Assembly (NCBI GenBank): GCA_017456645.1
Contig: JAFTIZ010000016.1
Location: 5,251-69,250, forward strand
Direction: 5' to 3'
DNA from: Oscillospiraceae bacterium
GTDB lineage: Bacteria; Bacillota; Clostridia; Oscillospirales; Oscillospiraceae
DNA length: 64,000 nt
The first letter of the stretch is position 1. Each line of letters opens with the position of its first letter. The notes under the pieces are model-generated. The model made no database searches and was not told the DNA's origin. It saw only the letters and a program-made list of their open reading frames with translations. Shown piece by piece: positions 1 through 9,321 of this stretch. Both the position numbers and the translations under genes were made by a program.

Positions 1-730
1 TCAAAGGGGAGTTCAGGGACAGGATCTTCTCGGCCTTGGAGAAGTTTTTCGCCAGCTGGCTGGAGATGTCTGTGAATTTATCCTCCTCCTTGCGCTCCCG
101 GACGAAGGATTTGACCACGCGGATACCGTGGATGTTTTCCTGCACCACATTGTTGAGCTTATCCAGCAGCTTGAAGCCACGGTCGAAGATCTTGAACACC
201 ACGGGCACAAGGCACACAAGCGCGATAATAAGCACGGGCATGACCTGCAGGTAAATGGTACTCAGCTTCACAGACAGCCGCAGAGCCATGATCAGCGCCA
301 GCACCAGCATCATGGTGCAGCGGATGGTCATGCGAATGAGCATCTGGAAGGTCATCTGCAGCTGGGCAACGTCGGAGGTCAGGCGGGTGACGATGGAAGA
401 GCTGGAGAATTTGTCGATATTGGAAAAGCTGAAATTCTGGACATGGTGGTACATATCATGCCGCAGATTTTTGGCGAAGCCTGTGGCGGCTTTGGCGGCA
501 AAATCGGCGGATGCTACGCCGAAGCCCAGACTCATCAGCGCGCAGAGCACCAGCTGGATGGAGCGGGTGACCACCACGTGCATATCCTGCAGCTCAATGC
601 CGTAGTCGTAAAGCTGAGCCATGACCAGCGGAATCAGCAGCTCCATGATGACCTCGCCGGCCATGCACACAGGGCTTAAGATCGCGGCCCATTTGTATTC
701 CCGGATGCACCGGGCTAATCGTTTGATCAT
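1..730 (-). CDS. ABC transporter permease/ATP-binding protein (MdlA/B-type exporter), N-terminal part, runs off window start
   Basis: Own translation of the minus strand from ATG at 730 (MIKRLARCIREYKWAAILSPVCMAGEVIMELLIPLVMAQL...) with GAAGGAGG RBS; ABC-membrane-type helices; open to window edge. Confidence 0.85.
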   Translation of the reverse strand, partial: MIKRLARCIREYKWAAILSPVCMAGEVIMELLIPLVMAQLYDYGIELQDMHVVVTRSIQLVLCALMSLGFGVASADFAAKAATGFAKNLRHDMYHHVQNFSFSNIDKFSSSSIVTRLTSDVAQLQMTFQMLIRMTIRCTMMLVLALIMALRLSVKLSTIYLQVMPVLIIALVCLVPVVFKIFDRGFKLLDKLNNVVQENIHGIRVVKSFVRERKEEDKFTDISSQLAKNFSKAEKILSLNSPL

Positions 731-874
731 TGTGAGGAATTCCTCCTTCTGTAACATCTATCACATCTTGATATTTTATCACAGCGAAATTGTGGTGGCA
801 AGGGTGTTCAGAAAAAGTTTACAGGAAAAGAGAACCGGCGCACGGATCAACCGCGCGCCGGTGGGGGAAGGAAA

Positions 875-2497
875 TCAATGCTCTTGCAGCCAGTTCAAGG
901 TGTTTTCGCAATCGGTGAAAATGGTGATGCTGATACCATCGCCATCGTTGGTTTCGATCTGGAGGTAGGAGTGAACCCAGACCCAGCTGCGGCTTTGGAG
1001 CATATGACCGGCTTCGCAATCTGCCCGGATGGCTTCCAGCAGCGCATGGGCTTCATCGCCGTAGAAGGTAGCATTCTCTGTGGATACCTTTTTTACGGTG
1101 GTCAGGTAGGCATCCCAATCTTCATAGCCGAGGATATACTCCGGTGAGCTGAAAAGGGTATCCAGTGGTTTGGCAGCGTCACTATTGGGGTTGTAGTAAT
1201 AGCGTCGGGTGACCTGCCGTCCGTCGGCCATCCGGTAGGTCAGGTGAAGGGGGCGGTAATTCGAGGAGGTTTCTTTGCCTTCGGCAAGAATTTGCCGGTG
1301 GGTCTGCACGATGGCTTCGATGATCTCCGGGTCGGAAACGTTCAAGGCCTTTTTGGTGAAATAAGGCTCGTAATAATAATTTTCCGATACCTCGACGGAC
1401 ACGACCTGATCCGGGTTCGGAGTCCAGCGGGTGATGCCCAGAGGGTCGAGGGCAGTAAGCAGAATGCTCGCCACCAGCGCACCGCCGATGATCAGGCAGG
1501 CACCAAAGGCCTTCAGGCGGAACACCCGAACTGTCCGCTGCAGCAGCATCTGGCTGACAAAATAGCCTACCACGATTCCAACGGTCAGGAACAGATAATC
1601 GATGCCGAACATGGCTTGGCCGATCAGCTCGAAGAAAGCCCCCGTGCTGAGGGTAAACACAACACAGAAGATGGGCTTAAGCCAACGGAAGGCCACAAAA
1701 TCACCGGCGGCCTCCAGTTTGCGCCGGCGGTACAGCAGCAGCGCCGCGGCCAGAAAAGCGATTCCGAGGACGGCCAGAATGGCAAGATACCACCAATCTG
1801 CGCTCAAGCCGGTAAAGCGGTATTGGGTGTAGGCTATGTTAGAATGCTCGTGAACCGCAGTATACCGTTCAATTTCCACCAGATCGGAAAAGGCTGCGGT
1901 CTGTGCCACGGGGCAGAAGCGGACAAAGCCATCTTCCCGTATGTGCAGGCCGTACAGCAGCGGCTCATAGAAGGTCATGACGAACCAATAGACCACCATG
2001 GACAGAAAATTGATCAGAGTATACACGGCGGCCATGGCAAACCGGTTGCCGGTACACATGGCGCTGAAGGCGGCAAGACCGAAGAAGAACAGATATTCCA
2101 AGGTCAAGCCCAGCAGCCAGATCAGGCTGATGAACCACAGATCCCCCAAAAACGGCAGAAAGCACAGGCACAAGATCAGATTGGGCCCAAAGGAGAACAG
2201 CAGACCCGCGGCGGTATGGGTGGCGAACCAGCTCTCACGGCGCAGGGGGAAGGCGTGGAGGGCGTTACACAGACGGCTGTTGAACAGATCACCGAAGAGC
2301 ATTTCCCCTGCGATCATAGCGTAAAGGAAATTGATAACGGCCATGGGGGCAATGGCATCTGCCAGATCTCTGGGGCTGCCAAAGCCGCCCAGACCGATCA
2401 GCAGACCGCCGATGAGGTAAAGACTCCACACCGGCGCAAACCGGGTGATGTCTTTTCGCAAAACGGTGAGATTAAAGAACGATGTTCTTGACTTCAT
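875..2497 (-). CDS. ABC transporter permease (multi-TM, YtrC-like)
   Basis: 540 aa with many TM segments; LHAFPLRRE motif typical of ABC-2 permeases; overlaps ATPase gene. Confidence 0.8.
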   Translation of the reverse strand: MKSRTSFFNLTVLRKDITRFAPVWSLYLIGGLLIGLGGFGSPRDLADAIAPMAVINFLYAMIAGEMLFGDLFNSRLCNALHAFPLRRESWFATHTAAGLLFSFGPNLILCLCFLPFLGDLWFISLIWLLGLTLEYLFFFGLAAFSAMCTGNRFAMAAVYTLINFLSMVVYWFVMTFYEPLLYGLHIREDGFVRFCPVAQTAAFSDLVEIERYTAVHEHSNIAYTQYRFTGLSADWWYLAILAVLGIAFLAAALLLYRRRKLEAAGDFVAFRWLKPIFCVVFTLSTGAFFELIGQAMFGIDYLFLTVGIVVGYFVSQMLLQRTVRVFRLKAFGACLIIGGALVASILLTALDPLGITRWTPNPDQVVSVEVSENYYYEPYFTKKALNVSDPEIIEAIVQTHRQILAEGKETSSNYRPLHLTYRMADGRQVTRRYYYNPNSDAAKPLDTLFSSPEYILGYEDWDAYLTTVKKVSTENATFYGDEAHALLEAIRADCEAGHMLQSRSWVWVHSYLQIETNDGDGISITIFTDCENTLNWLQEH

Positions 2498-3353
2498 AGT
2501 TCACACCTCCCAGCTCGTAGATGAAGATCTCCTCCAGAGAAAGGGGGAGAATGTCGAAATATACGGGATTGGCGGCAGCGATTCGGCGGCTGAGCTCCTC
2601 GGCATTGCCACGGACGATCAGCGTGCGAAGCCGGCCGGAGCTGCTTTCATGGAGGATCTCCAGACCCTCCGGCGTATCGCCCACCAGCTGCAGCTTGTGG
2701 GTGGCACCCTGCATATCCGCAAGGCTGCGCTCCAGAAGCATTTGACCGTGATCCATGATGCCCACATGATCGCAAATGTCCTCCAGCTCACGCAGGTTAT
2801 GGGAAGAGATCAGCACAGTGGTCTCTCGCTGCGCAACATCGGACAGAATCAGACTCCAGACCTGACGGCGCATAACTGGATCCAGACCGTCCACCGGTTC
2901 GTCCAGAATTAACACATCCGGTCGGGTACAGAGGGTCAGGTGGAAGGCGGCCTGCTTTTGCATACCCTTGGAAAAACGGCGAATCTGCCCCTTTTTCGGC
3001 AGCTGGAATACGTCGAACAGCCGGCGGTACAGATCCTCGTCGAAATGGGGATACAGACCCTTGTAGTAGCGGTACATATCCTCAATGCTGGCGGAGGGGA
3101 AGAAAAAAATCTCATCGGGGATACAGCCAATCCGGGATTTCAGAGCGGGGTTTTCGTAAACCGGCTGACCTTCCATGAGAACTTGACCGGAGTCGGGACG
3201 GTATACGCCGGTCAGGTGGCGGATGGCGGTGGATTTTCCCGCGCCGTTAGGGCCCATGAGACCATAGACCGTACCCTTGGGAACGGTCATTGTCAGGTCG
3301 CTCAGAGCGGCGAAATCTCCGAAGTTCTTGGTTACGTTTTTCATTTCAAGCAT
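2472..3353 (-). CDS. ABC transporter ATP-binding protein (YtrB-like)
   Basis: Walker A GPNGAGKS, signature FSKGM, Walker B LILDEP, H-loop SSH. Confidence 0.95.
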   Translation of the reverse strand: MLEMKNVTKNFGDFAALSDLTMTVPKGTVYGLMGPNGAGKSTAIRHLTGVYRPDSGQVLMEGQPVYENPALKSRIGCIPDEIFFFPSASIEDMYRYYKGLYPHFDEDLYRRLFDVFQLPKKGQIRRFSKGMQKQAAFHLTLCTRPDVLILDEPVDGLDPVMRRQVWSLILSDVAQRETTVLISSHNLRELEDICDHVGIMDHGQMLLERSLADMQGATHKLQLVGDTPEGLEILHESSSGRLRTLIVRGNAEELSRRIAAANPVYFDILPLSLEEIFIYELGGVNYEVKNIVL

Positions 3354-3714
3354 TGCGGTTGCCTCCTTCCGAGATGCGTTGAATCAGCTCCTGCCGGGAG
3401 ATGCCCAGCTTTGTGAGTGCGTCGGTTAGCTTGTCAAATTCATCCAGCAAGCCGCGGGATTCGGCTTCTGAGGGGGTAGGGGCGCTGCCCACAAAGCTGC
3501 CCTTGCCGGGGACGGACACAATCCAGCCCTGCATTTCCAGCTCCCGATAGGCTCGCTGAATGGTGTTGGGGTTGATGGTCAGCTCCGTGGCCAGCTCCCG
3601 GACGCTGGGCATTTTGTCGCCCGGTGTCAGGACGCCGCAGAGAATCTGGTCGCGAAAACCGTCGACGATCTGGCTGTAGATGGGACGTGCGTCCCGATAG
3701 TCAAGATGAACCAC
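3346..3714 (-). CDS. GntR family regulator, YtrA subfamily
   Basis: 122 aa, PIYSQI...MPSVRELA..LTINPNTIQRAYRELE..G; heads the ABC operon. Confidence 0.93.
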   Translation of the reverse strand: MVHLDYRDARPIYSQIVDGFRDQILCGVLTPGDKMPSVRELATELTINPNTIQRAYRELEMQGWIVSVPGKGSFVGSAPTPSEAESRGLLDEFDKLTDALTKLGISRQELIQRISEGGNRNA

Positions 3715-3730
3715 AGGGTGCCCTCCTTTG

Positions 3731-3784
3731 CTGTACTAACTGTATTAGTACAGTTAGTATATCATAGGTGCGCCGGTTTGTCAA
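3731..3784 (-). promoter_or_regulatory. sigmaA promoter of the GntR-ABC operon with overlapping YtrA-type operator palindromes
   Basis: Minus strand TTGACA(3784-3779)-17 nt-TATACT(3761-3756); palindromes CTGTACTAA-N5-TTAGTACAG (3731-3753) and TACTAACTGTA-N4-TACAGTTAGTA (3734-3759). Confidence 0.8.
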
Positions 3785-3823
3785 TATAAGGGAGGCAAAC
3801 AATCATTTATCTTATCAATTTTG

Positions 3824-3861
3824 GAAGTTGCATCGGAGGGTGCAACTTCTTTTTGTTTTTT
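3824..3861 (+). promoter_or_regulatory. Inverted repeat plus T-tract immediately upstream of terS (attenuator/operator-like)
   Basis: GAAGTTGCA-N8-TGCAACTTC followed by TTTTTGTTTTTT. Confidence 0.55.
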
Positions 3862-3887
3862 CGGAGTGGTTGAAAGGGAGGGGGGCT

Positions 3888-4208
3888 ATGAAGGAGGAAT
3901 CCTTAAAAACACGCATCCGGGCGGGGAAGATCCGGCGGCAGGATGTGGTGCGGCGGATGGCGGAGCTGGCCTTCGGAAAAGCCAACGATTGCGTGCGGCT
4001 GGCTCTGGAGGATGAACCGCCGGTGGATAAGCTGGACTTGAGTTTGCTGTCCGAGGTCAAGCGAAACGAGAAGGGCACTGTGGAGATCAAACTCATTGAC
4101 CGGTTGCGGGCGCTGGAACAGCTGTCTCAGGCCGCCGGGCAGGATGAGGGCGACATGGAGTCGTTCCTGCAGGCGTTGCAGGGCGGGGAGCCGGCAGATG
4201 GGGTATGA
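3888..4208 (+). CDS. Terminase small subunit-like protein (106 aa, apparently lacking the N-terminal HTH)
   Basis: ATG 3888 after AAAGGGAGG; VVRRMAELAFG...EIKLIDRLRALEQL resembles the central/C-terminal part of TerS; overlaps terL start. Confidence 0.7.
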   Translation: MKEESLKTRIRAGKIRRQDVVRRMAELAFGKANDCVRLALEDEPPVDKLDLSLLSEVKRNEKGTVEIKLIDRLRALEQLSQAAGQDEGDMESFLQALQGGEPADGV

Positions 4209-5451
4209 ACGGTTCTCGCCCAAACAGCGCAGGGTGCTTAGCTGGTGGATGCCCGGAAATCCGGACGCAGGCTACGAGGCTATTGTCTGCGACGGGGCGG
4301 TACGGTCGGGGAAGACGCTGGCCATGGGGCTATCCTTCTTTCTGTGGGGGATGGTGTGCTTCGACGGAAAGCGGTTCGGCGTTTGCGGCAAGACCATCGC
4401 ATCCCTGCGGCGCAACGTGCTGTCGGAGATTTTGCCGCGGCTGGAGGGGCTGGGGGCGGTATGGACGGAACGGCGGTCGGAAAATGTGGTGACGGTGCGC
4501 TTTCGGGGGCACAAAAACCAGTTTTACATCTTCGGCGGGCGGGATGAAAGCTCCGCAAGCCTCATTCAGGGCATCACCTTCGCCGGTATCCTGCTGGACG
4601 AGGTGGCGCTGATGCCCCAATCCTTCGTGGAACAGGCCTGCGCCCGATGCAGCATCGCCGGCAGCCGGCTATGGTTCAACTGCAATCCGGCGGGGCCAAG
4701 CCACTGGTTCTACAAGAGCTGGATCTTGGACGCCGAAAACCGGAAGTGCCTGCGGCTGCATTTTACCATGGAGGACAATCCGTCCCTGACGGAGGCTATC
4801 CGGCAGCGGTATCAACGGCTTTACACCGGCGTGTTTTACCGGCGGTTCATTCTGGGGCAATGGGCTCAGGCAGAGGGGCGGGTGTATGACTTTTTTGAGC
4901 CGGAGATGGTAAAGTGTGTGCCGCCGGGACCCTTTGAGCAATGGTACATCTCCTGCGATTACGGCACGGTGAATCCCACTTCCATGGGGCTCTGGGGCAA
5001 ATGCGGCGAAAGCTGGTATCGGGTGAAGGAATTTTACTTCAATTCCCGCGCAGCCATGCGGCAGATGACCGATGAGGAATACGCCGCGGCGCTGGCAAAG
5101 CTGGCGGGGCAGCGGCCGATCACGGCAGTGATCGTGGATCCGTCTGCGGCCAGCTTCATTGAGGTGCTGCGCCGCAGGGGCTGGCAGGTTCGTAAGGCGG
5201 ACAACGATGTGCTGGGGGGCATTCGGCTGACCTCCGATGCTTTGAAGGCCGGGCGCATTGTCATTTGCGAGGGCTGCTCCGATTGCCTGCGGGAGATGGA
5301 TGAGTATGTGTGGGACTTGAGCAGCGGGACAAAGGATCGGGTGAAAAAGGAACACGATCATGCCATGGACGATATGCGCTACTTTGTGTCCACGGTGCTG
5401 AGGGAACGGGCTAAGGGCTTCGCCGCCTGCGCGGTTGAGCGGAGAAGGTAA
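4198..5451 (+). CDS. Phage terminase large subunit (PBSX-like)
   Basis: Walker A GAVRSGKT, Walker B ILLDE, coupling motif NCNP, nuclease motifs CDYG, IVDPSA, DHAMDDMRY. Confidence 0.95.
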   Translation: MGYERFSPKQRRVLSWWMPGNPDAGYEAIVCDGAVRSGKTLAMGLSFFLWGMVCFDGKRFGVCGKTIASLRRNVLSEILPRLEGLGAVWTERRSENVVTVRFRGHKNQFYIFGGRDESSASLIQGITFAGILLDEVALMPQSFVEQACARCSIAGSRLWFNCNPAGPSHWFYKSWILDAENRKCLRLHFTMEDNPSLTEAIRQRYQRLYTGVFYRRFILGQWAQAEGRVYDFFEPEMVKCVPPGPFEQWYISCDYGTVNPTSMGLWGKCGESWYRVKEFYFNSRAAMRQMTDEEYAAALAKLAGQRPITAVIVDPSAASFIEVLRRRGWQVRKADNDVLGGIRLTSDALKAGRIVICEGCSDCLREMDEYVWDLSSGTKDRVKKEHDHAMDDMRYFVSTVLRERAKGFAACAVERRR

Positions 5452-5484
5452 AGGATTGCTTGGCAGAGCAACAATGAAAGGAGC

Positions 5485-6621
5485 ATGAAAATGAGGAAAA
5501 AGCAAAAGGGGGGCGCGATGGCGGCAGCGTGTCAGCTGCGCAGCGGTACGGCGCATCCCTTTACGGATCTGCGGGGCTTTGTGCCTCTGGGTAACGGGGA
5601 GGAACGGGTCTACCGGCAGCTGCGGGAAGCAATTCCCGTGCTGGATGCGGCGGTGGGCAAGCTGGTGCGGCTCAGCGGCGGCTTTCAGGTGGAGTGCAAA
5701 AACCCGAGCAGCCAGCGCTCACTGGAGGATTTTCTCCAGAATGTGTCCTGCGGCCGCGGACAGATCGGCATCGACAGCTTTCTGGGCGGCTACATGGACA
5801 GCCTTCTGACCGTAGGCCGTGCGGTGGGAGAAATCGTGGTGGCCGGCGGTCGGGTACGGGGCATTTGTTGGGGGGATGCCACCCAGATCGAGGTGCAGGA
5901 GGGTGGCAATCCCATGGAAGTGGTGCTGTGGGGCCCGGATGACAAGGGAATGCTGCGGCCGCTGCCATATCAGCAGCTACTGCTGTTTACCGCGCTGAAC
6001 CCCGAGCCTGCCCATCCCTACGGCGTGAGTTTGTTCCGGGGGATGCCCTTCCTTGCGGACATTCTGATGAAGATCTACGCCGCCATCGGCTCTAACTGGG
6101 AGCGGGCAGGCAATGTGCGCTACAGCGTCATCTGCAAGGGCGGCGAGAATATGGATCCGGCCACGGCGCAGGAGCGGGGCAATCAGATGGCGCAGGAATG
6201 GGCCAGAGCCATGGAGGACGGTAAGAACGGAACGGTTCGGGATTTCGTGGCTGTGGGGGATGTGCAGATCAAGGTCATTGGCGGTGAAGCGCCGATTCTG
6301 GACTCCCAGGTGCCGGTACGGCAGATTCTGGAGCAGCTGGTGGCGAAAACCGGCCTGCCGCCCTTCCTGCTGGGACTGAACTGGAGCACCACGGAGCGCA
6401 TGAGCACCCAGCAGGCGGATATTCTGACTTCGGAGCTGTGGGCGCTGCGGCGCACCGTAGAGCCGGCGGTGATGAAGATCTGCCGGACGTTCCTTGCTCT
6501 GGAGGGGCTGGACGATCGGGTGAAGCTCCATTGGAATGACATCAGCCTGCAGGATATTACTCAGGAGGCACAGGCGGATCTTTACAAGGCTCAGGCGGAA
6601 AAAGCCCGGGCAGGAATCTAA
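5485..6621 (+). CDS. Phage portal protein
   Basis: 378 aa directly after terL; PYGVSL and GLPPFLLG portal-like motifs; position in head module. Confidence 0.8.
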   Translation: MKMRKKQKGGAMAAACQLRSGTAHPFTDLRGFVPLGNGEERVYRQLREAIPVLDAAVGKLVRLSGGFQVECKNPSSQRSLEDFLQNVSCGRGQIGIDSFLGGYMDSLLTVGRAVGEIVVAGGRVRGICWGDATQIEVQEGGNPMEVVLWGPDDKGMLRPLPYQQLLLFTALNPEPAHPYGVSLFRGMPFLADILMKIYAAIGSNWERAGNVRYSVICKGGENMDPATAQERGNQMAQEWARAMEDGKNGTVRDFVAVGDVQIKVIGGEAPILDSQVPVRQILEQLVAKTGLPPFLLGLNWSTTERMSTQQADILTSELWALRRTVEPAVMKICRTFLALEGLDDRVKLHWNDISLQDITQEAQADLYKAQAEKARAGI

Positions 6622-6634
6622 AGGAGGTAGTCAA

Positions 6635-7528
6635 ATGCAGATCAAAAAGGAAACGGAAGTGGCCTGCGGCGGTGTGCCTACGGCGGTGCAGCTGGAAGCC
6701 ATCAACGCTCAGGCCAAGGGAAAGCTCACCGCGGAGCAGGTATATGTGTTCTGCCTGCGGCTGTGCGACGATCAGGTGGATCGGGATGGGGAGCGGTTCG
6801 ATACCGCGGCTCTGCCGGAACTGGCAAAGCTGTTCATCGGCAAGACCGGCATCGTGGATCACAAGTGGAGCAGCGACTCTCAGGTGGCGCGGATCTTTGC
6901 CACGGAGGTTGTGAAGGATAACGGCATCAGCTACATCAAGGCCTGGGCTTACATCCGCCGGGGCGGTCACGCGGACGAGGTCATTGCGGACATTGAAGCC
7001 GGCATCAAAAAGGAAGTCAGCGTCGGCTGCGCCATGGGTCGGGCGGTTTGCTCTATTTGCGGCGGCGAATACGGCACCTGCGGCCATGTCAAGGGCGAGC
7101 GGTACGACGGCGCGGTGTGCAGCGCGATTTTGAAAGAGCCTATGGATGCTTATGAGTTCTCCTTTGTGGCAGTGCCGGCGCAACGGGATGCCGGTGTGCT
7201 GAAGGCGCTGGGCAGTCGCCGTTGCCTGAAGGAGTTGGCGGAGGAGTTCGGCGCCCAGGCGGAGTATCGGGCTCTTTACAAGCAGGCGCAGCTGGGAATG
7301 CAGTATCAGCAGCTGCTGGGCGACGAGGTGGTACGGCTGTGTCTGACGCTGTCGCTGGGTATTGAGGAGCCGGTGCTGCGCAGCATCGTCAGCAAGCTGG
7401 GCGCTGAGGATCTGATGAAGATGAAGAGCGCTCTGCAGGAGCGGATGGAGGAAATGTATCCTGTGAAATGTCAGCTGCCCGGTGCCGGTGCGCTGGGGGA
7501 TGGGATGGAAAGTGACTTTCTGATTTAA
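6635..7528 (+). CDS. Prohead protease/scaffold protein
   Basis: AAGGAGG RBS; VDRDGERF, GIVDH, EVSVG (protease His/Ser-like), CSIC..CGH Zn motif, EFSFVAVPAQ; helical C-terminus. Confidence 0.8.
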   Translation: MQIKKETEVACGGVPTAVQLEAINAQAKGKLTAEQVYVFCLRLCDDQVDRDGERFDTAALPELAKLFIGKTGIVDHKWSSDSQVARIFATEVVKDNGISYIKAWAYIRRGGHADEVIADIEAGIKKEVSVGCAMGRAVCSICGGEYGTCGHVKGERYDGAVCSAILKEPMDAYEFSFVAVPAQRDAGVLKALGSRRCLKELAEEFGAQAEYRALYKQAQLGMQYQQLLGDEVVRLCLTLSLGIEEPVLRSIVSKLGAEDLMKMKSALQERMEEMYPVKCQLPGAGALGDGMESDFLI

Positions 7529-7596
7529 ACCATCATTATAGGTTTGACCGGCGTTTTGCCGGTGGCCATACAATTACTTTTAGGAGGAAAATGAAA

Positions 7597-8622
7597 ATGG
7601 GTTATGACAATCTGAAGCTGGAAAAGGGTATGTACCGTCAGGAGGGCATGAGCTTTACGCAGGTGCTGGAATCTCTTGACCCCAGCGAAAACTATCGGGG
7701 AACCGCGCTGGAAAACACCGATGCCTTTCAGCGCCAGCTGAAGCGCTTCGGCATCCGTGCCAAGGGCGCAGGCTCTTCCACTGTGGAGAAATTCTTCCGC
7801 ACCATGGACAGCGCCGTGCTGTTCCCTGAGTACATTGCCCGTACCGTCCGTCAGGGCATGGAGGAGAACGATATCCTGCCTGCTATCACTGCCACCACCA
7901 CTGTGATCGATTCCATGGACTACCGCTCCATTTACTCCGTCCCCACCGATGAGGACAAGGAACTGCAGGATGTGGCTGAGGGTGCTGCTATCCCCGAGAC
8001 CGAGGTCAAGTCCAAGGAGCATCTGGTGAGTCTGACCAAGCGGGGCAGAATGCTGGTGGCTTCCTACGAGGCCATCCGCTTCCAGAAGCTGGATCTGTTC
8101 AGCGTGATGCTGCGCCAGATCGGTGCCTACATCCAGAAGCAGCAGCTAGCTGATGCTGTCAACGTTCTGATCGAAGGTGACGGTAACGACAATGCTGCTG
8201 TGCAGTACAGCATTGGCACCAGCCCCATCTCCGGCACCAAGGGCACTCTGGGCTACGATCAGCTGGTGGAGTTCTGGGGTCAGTTTGATCCTTACACCAT
8301 GAACACCATTCTGTGCTCCACCGGCACCATGACCAGTCTGATGAAGATCCCTGAGCTGCAGAACCCTATGGCCGGCCTGAATTTCCAGGGCACCGGCAAG
8401 GTCGGCACCCCTCTGGGCGCTCAGCTTCATCGCACCGGCGTCGTTGCTGACGGCGTGATCATCGGTCTGGATAACCGTTACGCTCTGGAGCTGGTTCGCG
8501 CCGGCGATGTGCTGGTGGAGTATGACAAGCTCATCGACCGTCAGCTGGAACGTGCTGCCATTACCTCCATCTCCGGTTTCGGCAAGATCTGTGACGGCGC
8601 GGCTGCGGTTCTGAATGTATGA
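7597..8622 (+). CDS. Major capsid protein (HK97-like)
   Basis: TAGGAGG RBS (ATG 7591 or 7597); VLFPEYI, VAEGAAIP, KRGRML..SYEAI capsid-like motifs; follows protease. Confidence 0.88.
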   Translation: MGYDNLKLEKGMYRQEGMSFTQVLESLDPSENYRGTALENTDAFQRQLKRFGIRAKGAGSSTVEKFFRTMDSAVLFPEYIARTVRQGMEENDILPAITATTTVIDSMDYRSIYSVPTDEDKELQDVAEGAAIPETEVKSKEHLVSLTKRGRMLVASYEAIRFQKLDLFSVMLRQIGAYIQKQQLADAVNVLIEGDGNDNAAVQYSIGTSPISGTKGTLGYDQLVEFWGQFDPYTMNTILCSTGTMTSLMKIPELQNPMAGLNFQGTGKVGTPLGAQLHRTGVVADGVIIGLDNRYALELVRAGDVLVEYDKLIDRQLERAAITSISGFGKICDGAAAVLNV

Positions 8623-8975
8623 ATCTGACGGAGCAGGTTTGTACCCAGGCCATGCTGCTGGCAGGGGATCTGGAGCCCCGGCAGGAGGAACTGCTGAAGC
8701 TGCTTTGCGGCGCGGCGGTGTCCTCGCTGAAGGCTCGGCTTCGCTCCGGCCTGCGGGCAGAGGATTGTCTGGCGGATTTTGTGGCCGCGGCCAGCCTGTA
8801 CGCCTTGGCGACCATGTCCACTCAGACAGATATGGGTCAGCTGGAGTGGATCACCGCGGGAGATATCACCCTGCACCGCTCCGGCTCCGACGCGGCGGCA
8901 AACTGCCTGCGGTATCAGGCAGGGCTGATCATCGCTCCTTACCTGAAGGACAGCTTTACCTTCCAGGGGGTGTGA
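8619..8975 (+). CDS. Putative head-tail connector/adaptor
   Basis: 118 aa, overlaps capsid stop (ATGA), helical with TAGDITL and PYLKD; size and position typical of adaptors. Confidence 0.6.
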   Translation: MNLTEQVCTQAMLLAGDLEPRQEELLKLLCGAAVSSLKARLRSGLRAEDCLADFVAAASLYALATMSTQTDMGQLEWITAGDITLHRSGSDAAANCLRYQAGLIIAPYLKDSFTFQGV

Positions 8976-8976
8976 G

Positions 8977-9321
8977 ATGAAGCGGATGATCACAAAGATT
9001 TTGAAGCAGTACGGTGTTCCGGCGGTGCTGAAGCATGGGAAAGAAAGTGTATCGCTTCGGATCTTTTTCCAGCCCAGTATGTCCAAAAGCTGGGACAGCA
9101 TGAACCCCATCGTCACGCCTCTGGGTCAGCTGCCCGGAGGTCAGTACCTGTACATCGGGCCGGCGGATCAGCCCATTGAGCAGGGAGATCAGGTGACGGT
9201 TGGGGGGAAGCACTACATCATGCGCCGGGCGGAGACCTATCTGGATCAGAATGGGCCGATCTACCAGTGGGCGCTGTGTGTGCGGAAAGGCAGTGAGGAA
9301 TCGTGGGAAGTTATTCTGTAG
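8977..9321 (+). CDS. Putative head-closure protein
   Basis: 114 aa, beta-rich, IEQGDQVTVGGKHYI typical of head-closure proteins. Confidence 0.6.
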   Translation: MKRMITKILKQYGVPAVLKHGKESVSLRIFFQPSMSKSWDSMNPIVTPLGQLPGGQYLYIGPADQPIEQGDQVTVGGKHYIMRRAETYLDQNGPIYQWALCVRKGSEESWEVIL

